The notes under the pieces were generated by a model. The model had not been told where the DNA came from and searched no databases. It worked only from the letters and a program-made list of their open reading frames with translations. 64,000 nt of DNA from the human T2T-CHM13v2.0 reference genome, Homo sapiens: the NCBI RefSeq assembly GCF_009914755.1, contig NC_060932.1; one strand, 5' to 3'. Shown here piece by piece: positions 27,807 to 40,345 of this stretch; position 1 is the stretch's first letter, and each line of letters starts with the position of its first letter. The position numbers were made by a program, and so were the translations under genes.

Positions 27807-28507
27807 AAAGAAAACAAACCTGATAGGTTGTAGTGAGATAAGACATTTGCTTCTGTGGAATAGCTTTGCTTTCTTCAAGTGTTTGCCGTATGGGTTTTAA
27901 GATCCCATTGCTTGGTTCTTCCATATCCCCATGCTCTTATTTCCCACACATCTCTGAAAAGTTTGTTTCCCAACTTTTCATTTCTGTCCTTTTCCCGTTC
28001 TACAGGGACTTCTCTACTCCTTTGACTTTAAATATCCTATGTTTGTGGCTCCATGTCCTGTATCTCCAGCTGACAGCCTTGTCTTTGAGCTTCATTTTTA
28101 TGTTTCCTACTGCCCATTGGACCATTCCATGTACTGTTACTCCACAGATATAATACTGCACACTGCAAGTGTCAAAACAAAAACAAAAAAACTGCCTTAT
28201 CCTTTTCCTCCACCCTCACCCGCCAGTCTCTTTGTTGTTGATTAATATCACTAACATCTTCTCAGTACTTTCTAAGAAACATACAAAAAAAAAAAAAAAC
28301 CAGAAAATTGGGCACATCGTTAACTTTTTACCATACATTTCCATATATCACACACACACAAACATCAATACACCATTACTTGCCAAATTGTGTAGGTTCT
28401 GTCTCAAATGTCTTTCGAATCCCTCTCTTCTATTTCATTCTAATCTTTGCTCTTTTTATACCTACATTGGTACCACAGATGCCCACCTAGCAGACTATAC
28501 CAATCCT

Positions 28508-28806
28508 ATTTTTTTTTTTTTCGAGATGGAATCTCACTCTGTCAGCCAGGCTGAAGGGCAGTGGCACAATCTCAGCTCAGTGCAACCTCCACCTCCAAAG
28601 TTTAAGCGATTCTCCTGCCTTAGCCTCCCAAGTACCTAAGATTACAGGTGCGCACCACCACTGCCAGCTAATTTTTATATTTTTAATAATAGAGATGGAG
28701 TTTCATCATGTTGGGCAGGCTGGTCCCAAACTCCTGGTCTGAAGTGATCTGCCCACCTTGGCCTCCTACAGTGCTGGCATTACAGATGTGAGCCACCATG
28801 CCAGTC
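28508..28806 (-). mobile_element. AluS SINE
   Basis: Reverse dimeric Alu beginning with a T run. Confidence 0.88.
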
Positions 28807-29085
28807 TTTGTACCTACTTTACTTCTAATTTATCTCACTCTCCTCACCATTAGTAAAGGTGACTTTTCCCTCAAACCAATCTGCGCTGGTTGCTTAGTTG
28901 CACAAAAGTTCTGTTGACTTCTGGCTGCTCACAATTTAAAGCCCACCATGATTAGCTTATAAAGGGAAGCATGTTGTCCAGTCTGCCCCAGAGTGGTCAA
29001 CTCCCTTGTGTTTATTTGAACCTGTGTTCACATTGAATTACTCAATGTTCTTGAAGATGGGCATAACTCCTTATGCCCTTGTGCT

Positions 29086-29337
29086 GGGCTGGAGCGCAAT
29101 GGTACTGTCTCGGCTCACTGCAATGTCCGCCTCCCAGGCTCAAGAGATTCTTCTGCCTCAGCCTCCTGAGTAGCTGAAATGGTGGGCGTGTGTCACTTTG
29201 CCTGGCTAATTTTTTATTTTTAGTAAAGATGGGGTTTCACTGTGTTGGCTAGGCTGGTCTCGAACTCCTCACCTCAGGTGATCCACCCACCTCAGCCTCC
29301 CAAAGTGCTGGACAGGTGTGAGCCACCAGACCCGGCC
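29086..29337 (-). mobile_element. AluS SINE lacking its 3' end and tail
   Basis: GGCTGGAGCGCAATGG...GAGCCACCAGACCCGGCC. Confidence 0.85.
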
Positions 29338-29339
29338 AC

Positions 29340-29650
29340 AAACTCTTACTTTTCCCTCCAAACTCAGCTTAAACCTTGTCTTTCCTATAAAGCTCCCTCT
29401 GCTCTCGCCATTCCACTGCTTCATTCCTACTTATTTAAGCCTATTTATAGTATTAAAGCCTATTTCTTTTGCAGTGAAATATCATATTTGTTTTCCTTTC
29501 TAAGACTGAATTGCTAGAAGGGTAAGTATCATACCTTATTTATCTTTATAACTAAGCTTGGTGAATAGAAGGGCTACTCAGTAAACATTCATTGATTGAA
29601 TATTGTTGAATGCTCAATAAATACTTGTTGAATGAGGGGATGGATGGATG
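29340..29650 (-). mobile_element. L2 3' fragment(s)
   Basis: CTACTCAGTAAACATTCATTGATTGAAT and TGCTCAATAAATACTTGTTGAATGA, both L2 termini. Confidence 0.6.
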
Positions 29651-31292
29651 AATAGGTAAGATTATATGAAACAAATATGGAGGACAGGTAAGACAGAGAA
29701 ATTAAAATAATAAAAGTTCTGGAAGGTAGGATATCACCAAAACCAGAGATATCGATGTGGGAAATTGGAAACACTTGAGAACAAGGTATAAATGCTTCAA
29801 ATAATTCAGGATTTTTTCCCTAGTTTTTCAAATTTTCATGAGCTGCTAAAAATTGTCCTATAACATAGAGCTACTAAACTATTAGTAAAGGTATTGAAAT
29901 GTTTTGGAATTTAAATAATAAAACAGATTGATGAGTACTTACCCCTTGTTACATATTTTTAACATAGAGTCTCTAAAACATTATAGATAAAGTTCAAAAT
30001 AGTTTGCTACTATACAAAGTGTGTCTAAGTGTAGAATGTACTTCAGCAACCAGGGAGGGCACCTGACCTAAAAAGGACACATGGGTCAACTATGTAAACT
30101 GTTTCTTGCTGTTATTACTGTTTCCCTGTTTTTATGAGAAGTGTTGGCAGACCCTCTACTGGGGGGTTGATTGCTATGCATGCCTCCTCTGCCCTCATGT
30201 ATTGGAGAGGCTAGGGGCAGAACCTTCTCATGACACTTTTCTAACTGTAAGACGAAACACATCTGAATACCTCTCCTTTCGCTAGGCAACCAGAACCCAG
30301 GGGCCAAATAACTGGTGGTACTTTCAGTCCTGGGTGTATGTTGATGCAAACAATGTCTTGGTTTCAATTGGTTACTTATGTTCTTTCTAAGGCCATGCTT
30401 AAAATTAGAAATTATGGTTTTTTTTTTTTTTTTTTTTTCCTTCTGTGCTTCAGTATAGAAGATAACTCCAGAAACTGGACATGGGACAACCTAGTTTGTT
30501 GAACAGGGTGATGCTAATCTGGAATATGCAAAAGTGATCTTTAGCTTGTGAATTGCTTCATTTACTCTTATAAATTCATATTTTCTAACATTATTTGCTA
30601 TCAGCGGTATATGTCCAGAATAAATGTAGATAAAGAAATGATGGCCTTATAACTTATTTACCCATAGCTTGTTTCCTAATCTTGGTACAAGTGCCAGGAA
30701 TTGATTGCAATGAATATTTTATTGCAATTAAGGTTTAATGGCAATTAAGGTTATTGCAATTCTTGATTCCTAAAATAAGAGTTTTCTCTCTGTATACTGT
30801 TGCTTGACTGGTCATTTTCAAAAGTTAAATATTTTTATCTCTGACATATAGTATCTGCACATACCTAAAGGTGTATGAAATTTCTGTTTAAAGAATATCA
30901 TTATTACTTAAAATTACTAAAGTTCCCTTATTCTGAATTTAAAATAGCTTATTTAATTTTCCTAAGGTGTTTTTGCTTTAATAGTATTACTGAGATACAA
31001 TAAGTTGTTTTAAGTATCATTTTCTACAGAATTTTGAAGTTTACAAAACCTTAATTTGAATATTTTTAAGACTTCGACCTTTAAAGTGAATGTATTTTTC
31101 TTTTTGAAAATTGCACCATAGATGACAATACCTATAGAAAAAAAAGTGACATTACAACCCAGTTCTATTCTCCCTTAAATGTTAGCAACATATCTAGGGG
31201 TTTAGAAAGACAAGAGAAGAAAAGTAGTTTCAATAGGAGAATGGAGCATCCAGAGCCTGAGATATGCCACAAAATTTTGGAATTGTGCTTTT

Positions 31293-32925
31293 ATTCATTC
31301 CTTTATTCAGCATGTATTGGGAGTTTACTAAATGCCAGGCACTATCTAGGGTTCTAGTAGTAAACAGAACAAACATTCTTCCTTGCATGGAATAGATGTG
31401 AGTCTCCAGACAGCCAGGGTGCCCATGTGGCAGACAGAGGGAGCATGAGAAGTGTGGTAGGAGATGAGGTTACAGATTTAACTGGGGAAGGATGCAGATC
31501 ATCGTAAAGACTTTCTTTTAGCTGAGTGATAAGAAGCCATTTGAGGCATTTCGACATATGAATAGCATGATCTTACTTACAATTACTCAGGATCATTCTG
31601 GCTTTGTTGAGAACATACTTTAGGCAGTGCGAAGAGGACTTTAGATGGTGGGAGGAGCACAGCTGTGAACAGGAAGACAAGGCAATTGCAGTAATCGTAC
31701 AACAGTTGATGGTGGCTAGGAGTGGGGTGGCAGCCACGAAGGTAGTAAGAAATGGAAAGAGTATGAATATAAATCCCTATGTGATCATAAAATTAATCTT
31801 GAAAAATTCAAGGAGGCCTTGTTGCAAGATGAATGAAATTGACTTGGTTGGCCAGCCAGCCAGTAGGCTGGGATTTCCTGCATTTGATGCAAGATCTAAA
31901 TCCATCCAAGCCTTGGCTACTGTGTTTTGAAAACTGATGGCAGTTTCCACTCTGGTTTGAATATCAGTGGAGAAGATTCTGGATCCTTCAACTTGCAAGG
32001 ACTTCTGGAATGGTTGCAGAGATTCCAGAAATCTCTGGTCACCCATTTTACCCACACAATTTCAAGAGATTAGAGGAGGTGGAACCCAACCTCTGTCTCC
32101 TCCCTTCCTGGGATAGATACGCCTGCTGTTTCCTCACCTAGTCTGCCTTCCCTCTCAAAACGCAATCTCCTTCCTCCCTCCTTAAAAACAGAAAATGAGA
32201 ACTTTTACATGAGAAGTAGAACAGGAAACTGTCCAGTTTCTGCCCAGCAATCATTATTAATTGCACTATCATGGGGAATGTCTTTGGGATTTTATTTCAT
32301 TTTGGAGGCAGTGCAGATAGATTTTGCATATGGGGTATAGCTGTACAGTTTGCGCCATTAGAACTTGGAAGCATTGTAGTTGTTATTTTTTCTAAGATGG
32401 GGAAGAATATGGATAGACCAGCTTTAGGTAGAGAAAGATGGGGCGCAGTGTGAGACATATTAAAATTGAGATTTAGCTTAGATATCCAAATGAATGTGTC
32501 AGGTATGCCATTAGATACAAGGCAGTTAATATATGGAGGCCAATCTTGAACATGAAATTAGGACCCACCACCATTTAAGTGGTATTTAAACTCATGAGGA
32601 GAGATGAGATCATCAAGGGAATGAGTATAGATAGAGATGTTCAAGACATGAGTTATTGACACACTTTAAAGTGTAAAGGCAGGGAAGGTGAGAAGGAAAA
32701 ACACAAAGAAAATTGAGAATTAGGAAGAAAACTAGAAGAACATGATGACCTGGAATTCAAATGAAAAGCAGAAAGGGTGATCAGCTCTGTCAAAGGCTGC
32801 TTATAAAGCTCAAGTAAAATGCAGATATGACAATTTTATAACATATTTGACAATGTAGAGGCTACAGAAATCTGATAATACAGTCTGGGTGAAGTCATAG
32901 TGGTCCCAGACTGGTTCAAGAATGG
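31293..32925 (+). mobile_element. L2 element, split by a ~520-bp non-L2 insert at ~31772-32299
   Basis: ATTCATTCCTTTATTCAGCATGTATTGGGAGTTTACTAAATGCCAGGCACT start and purine-rich L2 body, which resumes at TTTTGGAGGCAG (32300). Confidence 0.7.
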
Positions 32926-33002
32926 GATCAGAAAAATTAATTCATTACTTATTTATCAAACATGCAACATCTCCTGTGGGTCAGGTAGTTCCCACAGTCC
33001 TT

Positions 33003-33152
33003 TGTTTTGAGTCAGGGTCTCTGTCCCCTAGGATGGAGTGCAGTGGCACGATCACAGCACACTGCAGCCTTGACCTCCAGGGCTCAAGCCATCCTTCTAC
33101 TTCAGCCTCCTGAGTAGCTGTGACTACAGCAATGTGCCACTAGGCCCAGCTA
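33003..33152 (-). mobile_element. Partial AluJ (one arm)
   Basis: GAGTCAGGGTCTCTGTCCCCTAGGATGGAGTGCAGTGGCACGATCACAGCACACTGCAGCC. Confidence 0.8.
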
Positions 33153-33546
33153 ATACACAGTCTTAACTCTCTTCCAGCCTGAAGTTTTCAACTTAGTTTT
33201 AGAAGAGATAATTCAATTAGGGAACATATCTCAATTTTTATGATGATAAATAGGAAAATGTAATTTCTTTGCATAATTTTTTTGCAAATTATGCCTCTAT
33301 TTAAAATGGATGCCTTTATTTAAAAATGGAAATATTAATTAATCATATAATACCGATTAAGAATTACATTTAGTTCAGGAAAATTCTCTCTTTGCTATTG
33401 TTCAGGCTGTGCTCTCTCACATATTCCTTACGGGAATTTATACACCAAATTATTGCACATGCTTTAAAACTTAAATTCTCATATTTTTAATGATTTTTAC
33501 TAACTCGAAGCCAAGTGTTTATAAAAATGGCAATGGGTCATTGCTT

Positions 33547-33655
33547 TATATATATATATATATATATAAATACGCATGTGTTTTATATATATATACATGC
33601 ACATACATCATGGATGTTTATACATATATGCATATGTAATACATGTATATGTGTG
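33547..33655. repeat. (TA)n / purine-pyrimidine alternating microsatellite
   Basis: TATATATATATATATATATATA followed by degenerate TA/CA/TG alternation. Confidence 0.85.
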
Positions 33656-33854
33656 ATATTTAGTTTACAGAAAAATGTGAAAATTCAAGTGGTAATGAAT
33701 TATCTGGTGAAGATATTACAGTATTTATGTCTAACCATGTTCTTACTTTCCTAAATATTTGTTGCCTTCATAATTTTTAAAAGCTGCTTGTAAGGCTTTT
33801 ATAATTGATTAAAGTGATTTGTTATTATTGATAAATTTATGTTTAAAAAGGCAT

Positions 33855-35500
33855 TTAAATCAACAAATATTGATTGAGCACTTATGTGACACACTGTTCT
33901 TAATGCTGAGGAATGCATTAGTGTATAAAAAGTTTGAAAAGTTAATGAAAATAAGTAGAGTGAGGTGATAGAGAATGAGGGAGGTGGAGCTAATCATATT
34001 GGGTAGTTGGAGAAGGCTTTTCTGAATTGGTGAATTACAAGGAGTCAGCTAAGGAAAGATACAGAGACCCATCATTCTAGGCAGGAGAAATACTAGGCAC
34101 AAAGTCTTTAAGTCAGGAATAAGGTTGGAATTTAACAAAGAAGGACTGTGGGACTGAATTTTATTCCATAACAGGGTAAGTATTAGAAAATAAGGTAGAC
34201 ATACCAGCATGAGCCAGAATCTTTTTTTTTTTTTTTTTTTTTTTTTTTGAGATAGGATCTTGCTCTGTCACCCAGGCTGTAGTGCAGTGGCGCAATGATG
34301 GCTCACTGCAGCATCAAATTTCTGGGCCCAAGCAATCCTCCACCTCAGCCTCCTGAGTAGCTGAGACTACAGGCACATACCACCACACCCAGCTAATTTT
34401 TAAATTTTTTGTAGAGATTGGTCTTGCTGTGTTTCCGAGGCTGGTCTTGAACTCATGGGCTCAAGTGATCCTCCTGCCTCGGCCTCCTGAAGTGCAGGGA
34501 TTATAGGCGAGAGCCACTGTGCCTGGCCCCAGAATCCTTTTTGGCCTTTTAAGTGAATAAAAATTTGTTTTATTTTGAATGAAATGGAAAAGCACTGGAC
34601 AGTTTCTCACAAGGGACTGACTTGCTCTTATTTCCAGTTTCAAAAAATTACTGTCTACCTTATAGGGAATCATCTGAAGGAGGAGAAAGACTGAATGCAG
34701 AGAGTTAAGAGGCTATTGCTATATTCTGTGTGAGAGATGGTGGTTACTTGGATCAGGGTGATAGGGGTAAAGATGGAGAAGGTGAGTGGTTCCACGGTAT
34801 GTTCTGATGGGATTCCCGATGGGTTTTGCTGAAAATAATGTGAAGGGTGAAGGATAAGGAGGAATCTGGGATGTTCTTAGGTTTTTACAAAGCTCTTTGG
34901 TGGATAGTTGAAGCATTTGCTGACACAGGAGGAGAAACAGGAGAAAGTGAAGATGAAATCAGTAATTTCTTTTTGGCTGAAGTTTGAGATGCATGTCATC
35001 CTTAGTTATGTTTAGTGGTCAGTTGAGTGGTGGGACACAGGTAAAAAATATGGAAATAATGTAGCTATTAGGAACTCTCTGAACTGACTGAATAAGATCA
35101 CCCAAGAAGAAGGTTTTTTATAGACAAGGGTTGAATGCCTTAGACTGAGCCGCGGGGCATGCAGCTATATAGAGGTTGAGCCGAAAGAAGTTAGCTGAGA
35201 ACCAGTGGTCAGCAAGGTAAGAGGAAAGGATAGGATAGGCTGGTGTCCCAGAAGCCAGGAGGAGAGTTCAACAGGAAAAAGTTAACCTTTTTCACTATTG
35301 CTGAGAATGAGATGAAGAAGGAAAGTCTACAATGGTTTTGTCAATATTGAGGTCACTGATGACCTTTCTGAGAGTAATTTCAGTGGTGAGGAATGCTCAG
35401 AAGTCTTGTTAAGCAGATAAGAAGAGAATGGGAGGCGAGGAAGTAGAGAAGTAACTATCTCAAGATGATGTTGCTGTGAAGAGATCAGAAAAATGGGATA
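33855..35500 (+). mobile_element. L2 element interrupted by an AluJ
   Basis: TCAACAAATATTGATTGAGCACTTATGTG start and long GA-rich L2 body. Confidence 0.65.
34221..34527 (-). mobile_element. AluJ SINE
   Basis: Reverse Alu with J diagnostics (GCTCACTGCAGC, GGGCTCAAGTGATCC). TSD CCAGAATC(C)TTTT. Confidence 0.88.
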
Positions 35501-35915
35501 AAGCTAGAGGGACATAAGGGAAAGCTTTTGCTTTTTTGTTTTTTAGAGAGCATGTTTGCAGGTTGCTGGGAATAAATAGGTTGAGAAAGCACTTGGCATA
35601 GGAGAAGAAAATATAACTTATTCTAACAGGAAAAGCTGAGGTTGTTCGTATAGAAGCAGGTAGTTTGGAGCGTTTAATGAAGAAAACAGAAGGGAATTAT
35701 GTGAAAGCTTCTCTTTTGTCCAGACACAGTGAACTGTCAAGATCATCAGCTGAGTTGAGAGGGCAGGAAAGAAGGGGGTTTGAGGATAGGACATTATGAA
35801 AAAATAGTAGTTTTGGAGAAATTGCCTTAAGGATATTTGTGGAATCAAATGTATGGGAAGTTTTTAAGTGCTTTAAATTAACCTGTTTTACCATGCTTTG
35901 AAGTTCTTAGGTTTA

Positions 35916-36220
35916 GTCCAGCGCCGTGGCTCATACCACGGCCGGTAATATCAGCCCTTGGTTGCTGAGGCAGGTGGATCACCTGAGGTCAGGAGTTCGA
36001 GACCAGTCCTTCAACATGGTGAAATGCCGTCTCTATTAAAAATAGAAAAATTAGCCAAGTATGGTGGTGCATGCCTGTAGTCTCAGCTACTGGGAAGGCT
36101 GAGGCAGGAGAATTGCTTGAACCTGGGAGACGGAGGTTTTAGTGAGCCAAGATCGTGCCACTGCACTCCTGCCTGGGCAACAGAGAGACTCCATCTCAAA
36201 AAAAAAAAAAAAAAAAAAAA
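35916..36220 (+). mobile_element. AluS SINE
   Basis: Alu with a degenerate 5' end and long A tail. TSD AAGTTC(TT/AA)AGGTTTA. Confidence 0.85.
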
Positions 36221-36961
36221 GTAAAGTTCAAAGGTTTAATAGCAGTGAAGAAGTTTACTATATTATTTCAAGGTATTGCCAGGAATCAGAGATTTAAAGT
36301 AGTGGTTTCTTCTCTGATTTGCCATTGGTCACACCACTCTGTCCAGCCACTTTACATGGTGTCTCCTGCTTGCCCTTTGGAGACATTTGACTAGGCAACA
36401 TCTGGAGACTAGAACGAGATAATCAAAGACATGTTAGTAACGGATTAACTTTTTAAGTATTCAGATGTTAGATAATATGGATCAAGTACAGATACATACC
36501 AAATAGCATGTTTGGGGCTCATATTGCAGATTGAATGCTAAGTACAGATGGTTGTACAGGAATCTAAATAATGAAAATTATTTAACTGTTGACCCAAATA
36601 TGTAACTTGGATTACTGGGTTATTAAACTGGCTAAAAATAAGAACCTGAAACTGATCTGGCAAAGGTTACTTTTTTCTTCTTTTGACTTGTTAACAGAAT
36701 CAATAAGGTGTGATTAAGTCAACTACTTATACATACATACATAAAAGACAGCAGATTTTCTATATTGGCAGCTCATAAACCTCAAGGCAAACATTTGAAC
36801 AAGGACACAGTCTATTTAGTAAGCCATGCATGCTTTATATTTTAAGTTTTAAGCCAAAAAGTATTTTGAAATTAGCAGGATATTAAAGATAGAAAGCATA
36901 TTTTTGTCATGGCAAAGCAAGTAGGTATGATTTTGGAGGGTAGAAATAAGGTGTGCTTTAG

Positions 36962-37125
36962 TCTAATACTACTCAAACTTTAATGTGCCTATGAATCCCC
37001 TGGGAATCTTGTTAAAATACATATTTTGATTCAGTAGTTTTGGGAACCCCAATATTCTGCATTTCTAACAAGACCCCAGGTGATGTGGTGGCCGCTGTTC
37101 TAGCAACCTCATTTTAAGTAGAAGG
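36962..37125. mobile_element. MER5-type hAT DNA transposon remnant
   Basis: CTCAAACTTTAATGTGCCTATGAATCCCCTGGGAATCTTGTTAAAAT...TCTGCATTTCTAACAAGACCCCAGGTGATG. Confidence 0.75.
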
Positions 37126-38484
37126 CTTTAGCCTTCCTGGAGGAAGTGGGGTTTGAATTGGGACATGAATAATTGTAAAATACAGGTTCTTTATTTTCTC
37201 CCTCCTCAACTATCACATTCGCCTCCCTTTTTATAAGGTAGTAACTGTAACTATTAAGGCAGGAAAATGAAATTTCTTTTTCTTTTCTTTTTTTTTTTTT
37301 ACAAAGTACTTATAATACACAATGTTGGAGAAGTTTGAACAATAATTTTCTCTCCTCTAAGGCCAAATGTTGAAGTCAATCTAATTGGAAGAGAAATGGG
37401 AAATGAATCTCAAAATTAGTTAATGACAAAATTCTGCTGGATAGTGAAAGTGAAATACAGCCACCGACAGAATAAACCTTAAAGGCCATATGAGTAAGAA
37501 GGGAGGAAGTAGAATTTCAGTTGAGTAAGTATGAGGGGTTGGAAGGCAGCAACTAGATACAAGGATAATGAGCTATTAGGCAAGACCAGGAGTGAACATG
37601 GGAGTTACTGTTTCTGGAATGTCCCCTGTATGTCATAGCAACTCAAACAATACAAAGTAACCACCAGAACGCTGGACAATCCAGTAAAGGTGCTGCTGGT
37701 AATAAAACATGAAACTATATCTTATGCTTGGTCAAGACGTGTCAAATCTGTATCTGAAATAGTGAATGAATGAGATCAGATGTTGTCCAGAGAAGGAAAA
37801 TCAAATGATAAAAGTGTTGAGAGAGGGGCAGCTCTTGAAGGAAGATGGAATAAGAACATGGAAACTCCTGTGTGGAAAGAAAAGGCCAAGAGGTCTGCTA
37901 AATCAAGAGTACTGTGAATAAGTGAGTACAACCTGAACAAATACAAAGCAGTGCTATCTCACATGAACATCTACCATGTTATTCCGTATGCCTTGAGATT
38001 TTTGATGCTGAACAAATCTTGCCAAGCCTGCTGCCCTTTGCAGATGTGAGAATGCCTATTGCCCTCCCTGTTTTCTTTGTAATGAATTTCTCCTTTCTGC
38101 TTCCTTTAAGACTCACTTAGAGCCTAACCTGCTTTTGTCTAAACCCTCCATACAGAGTTAGGTGCCCCCAGACTCAGTTCTCTGACTTCCATAGCCTCAT
38201 TTACATGCCTCTGCTTGCAGTGTTTACATCCTTGTCTCTTTCTCTAGCCTCACATTCCTTTGTAGGAAGGGACTGTGCCATGGTAATCTTTGCATTCCCC
38301 AGTTGTGTGGCTGACACATGCCCTAAGCTCAGTTTATGTTAGCTGGAAGGAAAACAAAATGGGATGAATGAAAAAAAATGAAAAGATGACTAGATTTTCA
38401 ACAACAATTTAAAGTGGACAGAATAAAAAGGATTGAATTCTGTCTTGACAAAATAGTTTTATTAGAAAATTGCAAAAACATTCT

Positions 38485-38790
38485 TTTTAGTGAAAGCTTT
38501 TCACTAAAATATTTTACATAATTACATATCATTGCAAGTTTGATGTGATATGTAAAATATTTTACATATCCTGAAGTACTCTATTGAAAAATATAAAATT
38601 ATGTAAAACATAATAAAAATATAAAGTCATGTAAAACAATTTTGTGTATTTTAAACATAAATTATTTTATGCAAAACAATTTTACATAAAACACAATTTT
38701 ATATAAAACAAAATTTTGTGTTTTTAAATAGTAGAATACCTTTTGGCTTAGGGCAAACATTCATTTTGGGTTAGTGCAAACTCATTCTTT
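38485..38790. repeat. AT-rich cluster of inverted and direct repeats
   Basis: TTTTAGTGAAA/TTTCACTAAAA, AATATTTTACATA/TATGTAAAATATT, repeated ATGTAAAACA units, and a ~23-nt tandem duplication at 38741-38787. Confidence 0.75.
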
Positions 38791-40034
38791 AATAAACATG
38801 ACAGGTGGCTAAATTATCACTGGATTTCAGTGACTTTCTGAGTTGCACTGGGTTACTGACATCTCTGTCTCATGATTTGGGGGTGGCCAGAACCCCTCTG
38901 AAGTTCAGGATAGGATCTTCCAGGAGATACAGTGATCAGAATGCCAAGACTCTTGATGAACTGTTTTCAAGATGTAAGTCACAGTATGGTAAGAAGTACA
39001 AAGTAGTATATTTTAAACTGCATATAAATCATGAAGAATTTCAGAGTAAAGCAGTGAACAGTAAAGCTTCTTAAAAGAGGTATGTTTTGAAATAGTATTT
39101 GGTAGAAGTTACCGTCATTGTGTGGAAGGGAATATGGTGAGACCCTTATCAGTAAGGGATTGTTGTGACAATATGTGTCCAGCTGATTCAATGGGGAGGA
39201 AATGGCAGTCACAATCTGTGTGAATTGATTTAAGCCTCAATTATGGAGATATTTAGGCTTGGTCAGATTTTCCCAAATGGTGGAAACAACCTTGTTCTGT
39301 CAAGTGTGAATCATGGCAGACTTGAGCATCATAGCACTATTCCATTTTCTTATCTGCTTACTTATGATGAAACGTTTTATTTGAGGTAATATGACCGTAT
39401 TAGTCTAACTTTTTAAAGCGAAACATTTATTACAAATTATTTCCAAACTTTGAGTTTCTTGACCTTTCTTGACCTAAAAAATGTTTTACATATATATGTA
39501 TGTTAGTGAAACCTGAACTTCAGGGGTACTTGGAGGCTTCAGTTGGAAATGAATCTCAGATTTGTTTTTAACAAAGGTCTTAAATTAGTTAATTGTGTAA
39601 GAATTTACAGCAAAGCTAGGAGTAACATACTCCAACCTTTGTTTTGTAATTCATGTTGTCTTAAATATGAATTATAAGATTATTTACTCTCTCATTGGAA
39701 CTTTAGATAGCAGTGATTATCTTATTTTTCAGTCATTCAAAATTTTGAATTTTAATTTCTCTCTTACCCATATAAATACCAGCAATGTTCCCAATGTGAA
39801 GAGACAGGATACATTAATTACAGCAAATCAAGCAGATTCTTATAGGAACAGGGGAAGAAGAGAAAATTCATTAAGATCTAGTATGTGTCAGGTAACAGGT
39901 TGTTAGGCAGTTTGCTAATCAAAATTCTGTGAAAGATTTATATTTTCAAATATTTGTTTCTCAGCAGTAAACAAATGCCACAATAACTAGGGTTCAACAG
40001 TAAAAAAAAAAATAATAATAATGATGAAGGGCCT

Positions 40035-40345
40035 ATATGCAGAGTTGTGGGCAGGATTAAGGCAAGCCATGGGGTGTGGCAGGGTGCCCAGGCTTTTGTG
40101 GTCCTGACACAGGCTGGTGAAGACAGGTGCCTGGAAGCAGGGTTGTGTGAGAGGACCCAGTCTCCATCACGGTGAGGCCAAGAGGACTCAGAGGGGCAAC
40201 ACGTTCTGAAATTCACCTCCCACCCTCGGAATTCCTGTTTGTGTGTTTCCTTGGCCAAATCTAACCAGGAGCCAGGGGGCAGGAGAGCCTGAGGTAACTC
40301 AGTATGTGGAGCTATCTCGTGAGACATAGAACTTGGCAGGAAGGT
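40035..40345. mobile_element. MLT1-type MaLR LTR fragment
   Basis: TCCTTGGCCAAATCTAACCAGGAGCCAGGGGGCAGGAGAGCC, an MLT1 hallmark. Confidence 0.55.
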
